Of a stretch of DNA of 64,000 nucleotides, positions 1 to 12,500 are shown in pieces. The notes under the pieces are model-generated. The model was not told the DNA's origin. It saw nothing but the letters and a program-made list of their open reading frames with translations, and made no database searches. The stretch spans positions 12,028,001-12,092,000 of the forward strand of contig OZ287754.1 of the NCBI GenBank assembly GCA_965649765.1, in the 5' to 3' direction. This DNA is from Bispira polyomma (lineage: Eukaryota). Position numbers and translations under genes: made by a program. Each line of letters begins with the position of its first letter. Within the stretch, counting starts at the first letter, position 1.

Positions 1-564
1 ATAGGTTTGACGTGTACGAATCCCATGTATTTAAGTATGGAAACACTACTTACTGGTAACATCAATACCCGCACTTTTTTTGTTCATGTAACCAAAACTC
101 TGCCTCAAGTAACCCTCACTATAAGCGAGGTGAGGGTGTAGTGCACCTCACCAAATGGGACTCTTAATGACAACTACCCACCCCCCACCCCCCCCCCCCC
201 CCACCCCCCACCCCCGACCCCATTCCACCAACACTGAATATAGCCACCTTTTCAAAGTTGCTAGAGGGTTACAATATATACAAAAAACCAATACCAGGTA
301 GATTCTATTGCATATATGAACAGGGTTCTACACGAGTACAAACTGTCATGTGCACTTTGCACTATTAAAATTCAAAAAGTTACTGACACAGAGGTTAATA
401 ATTCCGTGGCTATATACCCGTTGGTCTTATTTGGGTGTGCATCATTTGTAGGTGTAGACGTGTAAATATACTTCACTCCTTTATTTCTGGATATTGTAAC
501 ATATCCCATTTTATTATTACACGATTGATCAGTCTCTCTATCTCTCTCTGGAACCATAGTAACC

Positions 565-593
565 ATGTACAGGAGGAACAGCAGTCACTACAG
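565..593 (+). CDS. Putative first coding exon (MYRRNSSHY) of the SEA-EGF gene
   Basis: ACCATG start and AG|GTGAGT donor; its phase 2 matches the acceptor at 8397. Confidence 0.55.
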
Positions 594-3500
594 GTGAGTC
601 AAAGGCACTAATTAATTCTATATATCTGGGTTTACATCTTATTCCTTAAAATGGATGTATACTTGTTTGTGTTGTTTATCTCACAGATGACCAGATTTTA
701 TACACTAAAATATATTTGGATATCATTAAATTTTGCATAGATTTTTACATAGATATACCTTTTCAACAATATTTTTAACACCTCTCAAATATCAACAAAG
801 TTTATGGTAGATATATAAACACTGCTGTAATAGACAGGACATGTTTTGTGTAAAGATAGTTTGTGAATGTGACTTATACTCCATATTACAGTTGTATCAA
901 TTATTGCAAAGAAATAAATGATTTTAAATAAGTTTCTGGAGAAGAAAAATTTATAAAAATTATGCAAAATTATTCTAGACCTCTACATATTTATATTGAA
1001 AAGGTGTCGAATATAACAAAAAGTAAAATGTATATTTAAATGTAAATAATGACTATATCTTATATATTTGTTCTGTAAAATATTATTGATTGAATCAGTT
1101 TAAAGTGACTTGTAAGCTCTCTTGTGGGCTAGGTGTATTGTATCTGTTTTTCATTTGTTGTATAGTGTTTATGTTTATATACATGTCCCTATAATTAATA
1201 AATTGAATTAAAAATTCTTTAATAATAACCTCCCTTTAAAAAAATGCACAGGTCAAAGGCATTTATACAAAAATTACAGTAGCTGCACACGCAAAATTTG
1301 GATTTTCCCTATCCGCTAAATAATGTTCCTGTTCAAATAAGTTTTCCACAGCTGAAGTCCGAGCCATAAAAATCTGTCTCTGACATCAGAAGTTGCTAAA
1401 TATATGAGAACATTATCGATTGTTTATGTCTTTGAGTCAGATAGAGGTGCATGATGAAAACATTTTATACCTAAATACATAAGTTTTAAGGCTTATACAT
1501 TTTATTACATAATCCATGGCCATATAATGCCAATGTTCATATGTGTTTATATGTTAAATAATTAATAAATGGCGTGTCTAATATTTCAAAATATGTATGG
1601 CTGCTATTCCAATATCATTTTTGTAACTACGTTCGATTTCTTCCTTACAAATTCATTCATTCAAATCGCATTTCGACATTGTTAAACCATTGTAGCACTC
1701 TGTCGTTGTTATTACCGGCTAAGATATAATTTCAAAAAGTCAGCGTTTCCCAACCAACACTGATTTTTGCCCCCCCCCCCCCCCCCCCCCTCTTTAACCT
1801 ACTACCTTAACCGATCAGATTAATTTAGTTCCTCTGAGTTTCTGCGTTTATTGTTCACCTGTTTCTGGATAGTCAAAGAACTAGTGTGGCTAGCGATGAT
1901 ACCAGTGTGCAATAGCTGCTGAACTTGAGGCAACGAAAGCCATCTGGGTGCTTGAGGCAGCCTTCAGGTCTCATTGGTCTACAGTTCCCTTAGGCCAGTT
2001 ATATAAGTGACTTTACTTATTAACACAGGAAAAACAATTGCGGTACAATACTTTATTAGTGACCAGGGTTAGACTAACATTCACTATATACAGTTAAGTT
2101 GAGAGGGGCATAAGGTAACCATAAATGCAGAAAAATTTAAGGTCACCATAAATTAGGGTAATTATGGAAAGCACGGTAAGTACTTAAGGTAACCATAGAG
2201 TAAAATAAATTTTGAGAGAGTTAAGGTTACCATAAACTAGTTTAAGGAAACCATCAATTAAGGTGACCATAAAGTGCCCGATAAAAGATTAAGGTAACCA
2301 TAAATAGGAAAATAAGTTAGAGGGAGTTAGAGGTTACCATAAACTAAGTAAAAAGTTAGATGAAGTTAAGTTTAATATATAGAGTGAAAGGATTAAATGA
2401 TTCACTGAAATTAGATTAGAATTTTATAAAAATTTGGATGAGTATGTTATGTACTAGCCAAATGTAAGGTTACCTTATGCCCCAAACAAAAGTGGTTTTC
2501 TAATTTAATTGAGTTTTTATATTTCTTGAAAAACATTTTCTGTTATACAGAGGGGACATGAATTGTCCCAGACCCCAAATACCAAATTAGTGTAGATGTT
2601 GTAAAGCAACCTGGAAGGAGTCAGCCACCTGGGTACCGACATGAGCTGAGTCAGTGATGTAACGCCAAACACAATCCGACGTCCAGGTGCCATGATGCTG
2701 AATGTCCTGTAAGGGAACATTATTGTTGAAAGCAAAAGTGGCACCGGAGCGCCGGAAAGCGTGAAATGTAAGATTAGAATCTTGCAATTTTAACAAGTGA
2801 AGGAGGTTTTTTAAATGGCTACGAACACGTGAATCAGTAAGGGGAATCCAGGTGCAGTGTAGTTTATACTGGAAGAGGGGAGCATTGGGGCCAGCGGGGG
2901 CAAGAGCCAAAGCTGCCTTGATAACCGGACATAAACTCGAACCTGGGAGGGCAGGAAGGGCAGGAAGGCAAAGCAGCCTAACTAAATCTCTTTTCTGCAT
3001 TGTTTTTCGTCCATTTCACTAACAGTATGACGTAACCAGGTTTAAGCATGACGTCCCCCTGGCCAAATGTTTCAAAGGGGAAAATGCAGCCACAGAATGT
3101 GGGCACAGTTTAGAAAGTCTTAGAAAGCTAAAGAAACTGGTGAGATATACAGTCTTAAAAGTTTGCCCCATGTATGTACAGTCACATTTTTGAATAAGGT
3201 CCAAGAGCAGGGGAATGTCAAATAAACTTTTTAGTTTCACTTTAAGAGGTCTATTTACTGATAAGGCCTTTGTGTAAAAGGCAATTCTGGCGTCCGAGAA
3301 CATCTCAGTTTTTAGTTGGAACAAATTAAACTTGGCCTTAAAAGCTGCCAAGTGGTTAGATATCTGGGAAGGGGTGACGCTGTTGAAATTAAGGAACTCC
3401 AAGTAAGCAAGTAATTGGGACGCATTCACCTGATTTATCTGCCAATCCATGAAAATGTTAAAGGCCAGAAAGAGCCTGAACATATTGCTGTAGGCCTTCC

Positions 3501-6500
3501 AGGCGGACGCAGCAAAGGCTGTATGCAATCTGTCACAAGCTAACTTGGTAAGCAGTGCACCCGCTGGACTCGAACCTGACACAAAATATAAATAACAATC
3601 TTTAAATATTATATACTCTTGTCGACCTTTAAGAGGTATGTATGTATGGGAATCCATACTACTGGTCCCACCCATTCATGCAGCAATCTGAGATTATCGT
3701 TAGTCTTGTCCCACCTGGACAACAAGTTCGCCACCTTGTTTTTAATTCCCATTATATGGATTACTCTGAGATCAATATCAAACTGACTGGCAATCATATA
3801 GATATTTCGAGAATAGGTGGCCAAAAGAGGGCCCTGTGTGCGCCCATGCGTAAGTACACTGACAACGGCCTGGTTATCGCACTTAAAAAGTACACGTTTG
3901 CCCTTCCAGGGCGAAGCCCAAAGCCTTAAGGCCACTAAAATATTGAGCATCTCTAGGGATGCTATGTTGTCCTGAGACATGTCTGAGGGAATGTTAAGCT
4001 TGTATACTTGGTTATCATAGATGCCCTCCATCCCAGTTAGGCAGGCATCCAGCTCTACCTGTGCATAAGTTGGTCTATGGGCAAAAAAACTGACTCCATT
4101 GAACTGCTGCATGAACGTGAGGAACCACTTAAGATCTCTCCTAAAATCCTTAGTTATAGGGAAGTGTTTCTCGCTGTGATTGTCTCTTAAAGTTTTGCAA
4201 CATGCAGTTGAGGTATACCCGAGAATATCTTATGCATTTCGACACATAAAGGAGGGATCCTAGCAGTGATTGTAATTCTCTCTTAGTACAAGTACTCTTA
4301 CCCTCCCACTGCTTACATAATGCTCTGATTTCCCCCAGCTTCTCTGCTAGAATAGACGTTGTAAAAGTCTCAGTGTTTACTAATATGCCTAAGCAAATGA
4401 CCTCAGTACCAGGGGGAACAAGTTTCTTAAGACTGACCGTGAGACCTAGTTCCGTCAGCAGACCCTGTAGTCTGTTATATATCTCCCCAATTTTGCTGGG
4501 AAGGGCCACACATAGATAATCGTCGATATAAGCGTGTATATGGTAGCCTTCCTGTGCCATGATGTATCTTACCGAGTCAGAAATTCGCTGGAAAATAGTG
4601 GAGCCATTCTGATATCCGAACGGTAACGATCTGTCCAGGTAATAGGACCCCCATTTAAGACCAAGCAAATCCACATCCCCAGGGTTTATAGGCACATGCC
4701 TAAATGCGCGACTTATATCGACTTTAAAGATATGGCAACCTCTGCCCAGCTCTGCCACTTCCCTAGTTACATTATCCACCGAGGGATAGGACAACAAAAA
4801 TTCAGTCCCCAGATATTCACACGCAGAAGCCCCTGCATTAACAGATCGACCAATAGGCCAACTGAGGTCTACAATGACCCTTCTGTTGGTTGAATTAGAC
4901 TTATCACGGGTCATCATGGGAGAGAAGTGCATGTTCTTTATAGGGGGTTTATCAAAAGGACCCAGTATTGCCCCGAACTTACACTCATCCGTAAAATAGG
5001 TGTTCATGTGTTCGGGAAAGTCAATTGTCTATTTATGGTTTTCCTCGTGCGACTGATCAATGTTGTCACGACTGACATCAAGGGGGAAGCCATATTTAAT
5101 AAGTAACGGTAACTGCCAGTCCCAGTAATTTTCGAGGTACTGAGCCCACTTTTCGGGTTTTAACTGAGAAGTGACCGGTAATTGCAACCCTTTAAAGTTT
5201 TGTCTGCCATCCTGGCAGAGTAATTTATGCATTCTAAGAATATCAGAACTATAATTTGTAGAGCCATGGTTCCACACCCTGCAGCCCAAGTCTGACAGTG
5301 GTGTGAAGCCATAGGCCACTCTGCTTTGAGCACACCAAGCACATTAAGTTTTACAGTTTTTTTCTTGTTCCAGGAGTTCCCTCTTATTTGCCTTTTGTTT
5401 TAACTCAAACGCATATTTGTCCGTTTCAATACTATTTGTACTGCTTTCAGTCTCAATACTTTTACAAGGATCCACCACATCAGCGATGTCCTTAAGTTTT
5501 CTAACTGAATTCTTTTTACAAGCCTTTTTTGGACTACATACGGTAGCACCCACAGTGTGATTTTCTAAGCCATTGTCATCGATTCGGTTTAACACTTCAA
5601 ATCTATTATAGACAGAGACCCCACTGGGGTTATTGTTTGCATTCACACATGCATTTACACTTCTATTAATGCCTTTGACAGATTTGCTCTCAGTTTCCCC
5701 CTGTACAGTGCTTTTCCCCCCAACACTAGTCTTGCCCTTGTGCTGGCTGGTACTGTGTGAAGTGAACTTATGGGGGACAATAGATCGATTACAGTCATTT
5801 TTAAAATCAGCATTAGAATGCTTGACCCACCTGGCATGGTGCCTAACATTTAGATTTGACCTGGAAAGACACTTTTGACTTGACAGATTTTTGCCTGACC
5901 TTTCAGGTCCCCGTGTTTGTTTCAGAACCTCACTATAACTACATTTATTCGCCACACTAGTTTTATTCACACGCGAATCCGTACTAAAAGGTCTGCTGAA
6001 CAAATGGAAGTCCTGGAAGTCAGTCTTGTAAAACTGCTCACTATAAACCAGATTTTCAGCCACTGCATTTCTGCAGTGGCCCCTCAGTTTTTTGCTGCTT
6101 TTTTACTGCAGTTTGCAGCTTTATGAGTTCCACTACAGGTTTCACACACATGCTTGAAAAAAGTGGTGTCTGTCTTATGACTGAATGGGTATTTACAAGA
6201 GCCATCTTGAAAAAATTTACAATTAGCTGTCGTAGACTAACTAAAGGTTTGATTTTTTTCCTACGCCTTTCGCAAGTGAACCCTGTAAACCACCACTGCC
6301 AGAGACATGCCTTTGAGCTTGTGCCCGCCTAAGCCGGTCAAGTTTGTCGACGTCGCTCCAATTAAGCTTTTCCATCTCCATAGTTGTTAATACAACCACG
6401 TGACATGCTTTGGCGGCCTCCCAGAAAAAATCCTGGGAGTCCTCCATTAATCCGGCCATGTAATCGAGCATGATCTCTTTGGTTTTGGGAGATTTTTCGT

Positions 6501-9500
6501 CCTGTATTATGCGTGTGAATCCGCAGACCCACTGATTTAAAGTTAGGTCATCGTAAGACGGTCTTGCCTTAAAGTTCCCGGATAGGACATGATTTTGAGG
6601 CCATTCCACCACGCGCTTTACTATGAACACCTCCCCCCCTTTGTGATTTAATCTTACCTTTCACCAAATTTTCATTTAACTGCTTGAGCTCGGCGAGTCT
6701 AACTCGACTTATTTTTGAATGTTGTCATTCTGCTTAAGAAACTGTACACTTGGTACCACAGTATTTTCACTATTCGCTGTGCTCTCCCCACTCGAACTGG
6801 TGGAAGCGGTGCTGGAAGCAGTATCTGACTTAGCAGTGCTGACACAGTTAGCGGCTGCAAGAGTCGTTTCGGTTGCAGAAACTCGCTTGTCTAGTTTCTC
6901 CATTAACTGGCCCATGGCCTGTAACTGTGATAGTATTTGCCCGGAAACAACGGCCAGACTGTCAGCACCAACCAAACTGGTGTCGATAGTCTCTTCATCC
7001 GACAGAATTTCTTCAATAGCTACTTCCTCTGATAGCACAACCTGACATTTGCTGCCTACCGGACGGGCGTGCTTAGTACCATATTTGGTACAACCGTATA
7101 CCTTGACTTTAGGCATGTTTCTATTACAGAGAGTTAATATACAATAATGCAAAATACTAAAAACAGTAAACACATGTAAAACAAGTTCTGTTCTGTGTTG
7201 AGTGTTGAACTTGCTTCCTATGCTGCCGAGTTTGAAAAGGTAGAATTATTGACGAGAGACAGCTTATATAGTGCCGCCCAGTGAGCTGTGACGAGGATTA
7301 GGCTGGTCCCCCAAGAACTGAACTCTTCACCACCGGGGTGGTGCTTTGCACTTTATTCTCAATCATCGGCATGTGACCACCCAGTTCTTAAGTCCTTCCA
7401 ATAAACATATTTTACCTGGGCCATTGACACAGTCACTCTTAACAGTTTCAGCCTGTTCAACTGCCATATTGCCCTCGTGTCTGCCATTAAAAATTTGCAC
7501 TTTACACTTACAGGTTTTTGTGATACCCCCCCCCCCCCCTCCCCACCCCCCATCCCATTCTTCACATTCAAAAGTTTTTGTGTGGCATTATTCAATTGTT
7601 TAATGCCTAAGAATATCCTCCTGTCTCCAGTCTTCCAGATGTCAACAATTATTTTGATAAGACTTGACAAATGTGCAGAACATGTGGAATTATGCTTAAC
7701 CCAGCTGGTCGATTACACATAAAGTGTAGCGTGGGGTGAAACAAATAAATGTTAGAGCTTCAAACTTTGAATACTGCAGGTTTATGCGGAGACAGCTATT
7801 TTGCATTCTGTATTTTTACTGTCACTTATTTTTAAAAGATTCTCTAAAATTTGTCATACAACAAATATTTTGACGTCTAGACTGGATGAAATAAGTCTTG
7901 TATTTCAAATTTTAGATTGATTCCTGCAATGTTATTAATTCAGAATGCCAATCTGTTAACAGCTAACAGAAAAGTAAATCTCCAAAATAGGTATGAGGTT
8001 GTAAGTTAGACAAGTTCGGTAATTTCAAAAAATGGTGGTTATCTGTCTGTGAAGATTGTAACTTGAGGTAGCTCTTTTTCTTGTGGTTAGTGTATATCCC
8101 AACATAGTCTGCATACTGGGTGCAATGACCTCTTTTATCGAGATATTGGTGATGTATATGATGACAATAACACGATTAAGCTTGTTACCCTGGGGATGAG
8201 CATAAGAATAAGAACTGTAACTTGATTGACGCAGGGTAATCAGATTCTTGTCCTCAATACATTCTTAGATTTCTCTTGGCTATGAGTTTCCATAGTTTCC
8301 GTGACATTTCAGGAGGGTCATGGGTTTGTAGGTCTTAGACAAATATCAGTGCTAAGTTCTTTTTTCAGTGTTTTCTTGATATTTGTCCTTATTTTAGGTC
8401 ATCTGTGCAAGGGGAGAACAGAGTGCGGTGGGTCATAGTGGTGATCTGTATTGCTGCAGTCTTGATGCTGGGCCTAATCCTTGGACTTTACTTTGGACTG
8501 CGAGGTAAGAAAACAAAGAAATATACAAGAAAACTTCTTCATGATGGAGCTGATCTGCATTCTCCCCAAAATTGTAGTAGATCGAGTGGGTTTAGATGAA
8601 GACAAAAAGTAGCAGTACTCTGTCCTCAAAGTAAGGTTAAGAACACACTGGTCACTCTCAATGCTCTCAATACTGAATGAATTGTAATCGATTTTAAATA
8701 AAAAAAGACTCTTAGCTAAAATGAATAATTTTAATTTTCATTAAAATTTCATTGTTTTCCTGAGAAATATGTTTTGCCTAAAATTTACCTACACAAATTT
8801 CAAAATGATTTTCATGGACGGAATGGGTAACCATCCACTAACATACCAACTCAAGGTTAAGTGGCAATACCCTTCCATGATATTTTTCCAAATTTTAAAA
8901 ATCCATAACTCAAAACCTACAAATTACAGCATAACCCTATAGCATTCAGTTTATTTCTGCGTCTGGCTGAATATCTATGGCCAAAGCGCATATCTGCCGC
9001 ATTATACCCAGGTCTCAGAGTTAGCCAAAACTTAAGCATTGTATGACTTGATTTATACACTGATTGATATACTAAAACTTTTTTTTTTAATTTTTAACTG
9101 CTGCTGGATATACTAATGTGTGTGTGAATTTTAATTACATAGAAATTACATACTCACATGTTTTTCATAAACTGTATCACTTTTGAGGCATAATATAAAT
9201 TCATAGTGTAAGCAGTACATGATATAACATTTAATTTTTTATTTATTCATTTTTTTTGCAATATGTACAATAGTTTTATATCTCTACACCATTAAAACCT
9301 CATTTTTTTCATGTTGCACTAGAAAACAATATGACTGTGTAAGGAAATTAATGGCACTGATAATGTGGCTTCCCAAAATTGTGCAAAAACAATATATACA
9401 AACAAATGTCTATGTGATTAAAGCGACCAGCATAGTTTACTGATTATGTACTAATTGCTCAAATATATTAATTTAGTTACCAATAGTTCTTTTTTGATTA

Positions 9501-12500
9501 ATTTTAAACACCAAACATACGTAACCTTTTCACACAAAAATCAAGATAATATGTAATGGTATGTTTATTTTCTTATTATTGGCCATTTTTAGTTGAAGTG
9601 GGCTATTTGTGAATGAATCTGCCATATTTAAGCCAACTTGAGATACCTACTTCTCTGTCGCAAACTCTGTCGCAAACTTCTCTGTCGCAAGTTTTTGTGA
9701 ATATCACTTAACCTAAGACAAAAGTCATTTTTCCCAAAGTTAAGACAAGTATCTTAACTTTAAGCGTGGGCCAAAGCTAAACCCTTTACTGGATGCAGAC
9801 CAATCCACACAACCCTCCATATACAAGTGTATAGGACAGTATATAAATAATTTTATGAGCTACATATGACGTAAAAGAAAGTCTACTATGGTTAATCCTG
9901 GTATTTTCGGCCTACCTCATATTTTCGGCCCATGTCACGTTTTTGGTCTTTAGTAGAGGTTAAATTATTGTCTGTAAACGAACAGATGGTTTCCTAATGT
10001 TGTACTTATTAAAGTGAACCAGTGTCACTTTATTTTCAAACTTGATTATAAAAAATAGCCTGAAAATCATTTCAAACCATAAGTGTAGATTATTGGCTTC
10101 ATAGGCCGAAAATAGGGTAAACCTTCATACATACAGTTTGCCATTGTGTCGTCAACATGCATTGTAATCGCCTCTGTTATTATATTTGAAATACATTTAG
10201 TAGACCTAAAACATACAGTAATTTATATGCATTATAATAATTATTACCACGTGCCTTTAAGGGTTGAAGATTTTACTTGATAAAAACTTTACTCTGAAGT
10301 CATGTGTCATGGAATGAGATTACAAGAGACTAAAACCCAAAGACACAATGCATTACATTGGTGACTTTTGAGTTTTACAGTCATTGAAGATAAATAAACT
10401 TTAATTGAAAACTTTCAAATTTTTATTTATTTGTTACATTTATTCCAAACTAACCTAGTGATCATAGACAAATTAAAACAACATAAAAGTTATATACCTT
10501 AAGCAAATATAGTTTTGGTTTCATCACAAAGTTTCACAGAGTTTAACAAGTCCATTTTTGCTGAATAGTAAAGCATGCAATGTTGAATAATGACGTAATT
10601 AAATTTTAAAGATCTTGTATGCTTGGTTTAATATATACATTTTTTCAGTTGAATAAACTGGCCTTTTCAATCCACATCTTATGTTTTCATCTTAGGTTTA
10701 TAAATATTCCTGAATTTGGGCTAATATTATGCTGTTACGCCTTTACAAATAAACATTGTTACATAAACTTTAAAGCCTTTTCAATTTTCTAAATATTTCT
10801 GAATAATTTTTAAAAAGTATGTAAATAAACTTTTGTATGGGTATAGACATAGACCTACTTTAATTTAACTGGTGATGATTTACATCTTCCAATAGATACT
10901 GACTTACCAAATCTGAGTCCTGATATCCCATCCAGATAAGGATTGTTTCATCATCATCGTTATTATCATCCTAACTATTCAAATATTACTGGCAAACTTT
11001 GAGCAGCAATATCTTCCATAAATCCAGTCCAGACTGGGTTACCTGCCAGACAGTGGAATTGACAATACCCGGACAGCCAAGTCTCCTATAGTTTCAAAAA
11101 TATGGTTTGATCAGTATTATTAATTCAATACCCAACAATGACTTTTCTGTTTGAAGATGATAATACTAAGCTGATATCAGTAGATGGCCAAGTGGACCTA
11201 GATCTGTTGTTCAAGGATGAGTACAAGGATCCAACGTCTGACAGTTATCAGCAGCTACAACAAGACTTCTGCACTGAGGTAAATAATCTAAACAACTTAG
11301 TATTTCAATCACTGAAAGTTTCAATTAAAGACAAACAACACTTTCCAAAGGAAATATTTCAAAATTAGTTTGACATACTATATGGCTTGGTTGTTTGAAC
11401 TAAAACGTAAAAAATAGGTTATATTTTGCTACAATTACAAATTTGGTCCAGCCCTTTATATGATTTAACTATTGTGGTTTATTTCCCACAAGATCAGGTT
11501 TACATCAGGGGTATCTAGCAGTCAAAAGATGAATCAAAATGTGTCACTTTACCTCTAAGCTGATGTACATATTCGTATTCCTTCTTTATAATTAATTCTA
11601 CAATAATATTACATTTCTTCACCAATGCAAATCACAGTTGGCACGAATCAGGTCAGTTGTTTAACAGTGTAGAGAGATTGTTATTTGACTTGGTAACCCT
11701 TCTAACCTTGGTAAACTCTTCTATTTCATGACGTTTCTATTATCCAAACAAAATAGCACTCTCCTAAGACAAGACATTGATATAATATATTTTATACTGT
11801 ACTGTATTACTAATAATTGACATTTAATTAATTTTTAGATGCAGAAGCTTTATGACAATGAAGACTTAGAAAACTGTACCATCATCAGTGTTGTGTAAGC
11901 TAAAATAATTTTGTCTTGTCCTAAATCTTTTATGTAGATATACAGTAACTTTTCCAAAGACCTAAAATCCCCACTTCAGTGTATGTGGAAATAATCTAAT
12001 TTTTGCCACTTATCTTAGTGTTGAATTCTAACATTGTGTCACATTTTACTTCACTTGGACAAAGACAGCTCTGCTTATGTAACAAAAAAAAAAATTTTTT
12101 TTGGTTTCTTTATTATGAATTATCTATTTACACCTTTGACTTCCAGTCTAAATAACATTTCAGGCAGGGATCTGTTCGGATTCGCTACCTGATCGTTTAC
12201 AACATTCAGATCGATCAAGAAGAGGGTTTTCTTCAAGAGATTTTGTCTGAACTGCAGGCTGTGCCCCAAGGGAGAAAACCAGATTTATTTAAGAGCTTGC
12301 CAATTTTAGAGCAATCTATTGTTCTCTCAATAACAACAGACATGGTCACAGGTAAGAACTTTTAGTAGTGCTTATGCGGGGTAGCGCCGTAGGGGATAGC
12401 AAGTTCAGTGCTACTAATATTTTCCTCCCTGGGTTTATGCCCTATGAACCCCTTCCTAATTGGTTACTTGTGTACTAATTAACCTCTGTTTTCCCGCTTT

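Larger units (their letters stand above)
1981..7350 (-). mobile_element. Ngaro-like YR retrotransposon, copy 1 (degenerate; A1-gag-pol-YR-B, lacking A2 and B2)
   Basis: gag/RT/RH/YR ORF fragments are homologous to copy 2. The minus strand starts TGCAAAG...AGTTCAG like the A repeat of copy 2. B ends TTTTCCTGTGTTA...AGGGAACTGT like the B repeat of copy 2. Lies in intron 1 of the SEA-EGF gene, antisense. Confidence 0.9.

Noticed and set aside
177-222. Poly-C tracts (also 1769-1790, 7526-7550, 58626-58639) as functional G-quadruplexes
   Set aside because: Simple homopolymers with no positional evidence of function; length is unreliable in assemblies.
2111-2479. CRISPR-like repeat-spacer array
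   Set aside because: Repeats are only ~15 bp, spacer lengths are very irregular (1 to >100 bp), the context is a eukaryotic TE terminal repeat, and there are no cas genes.
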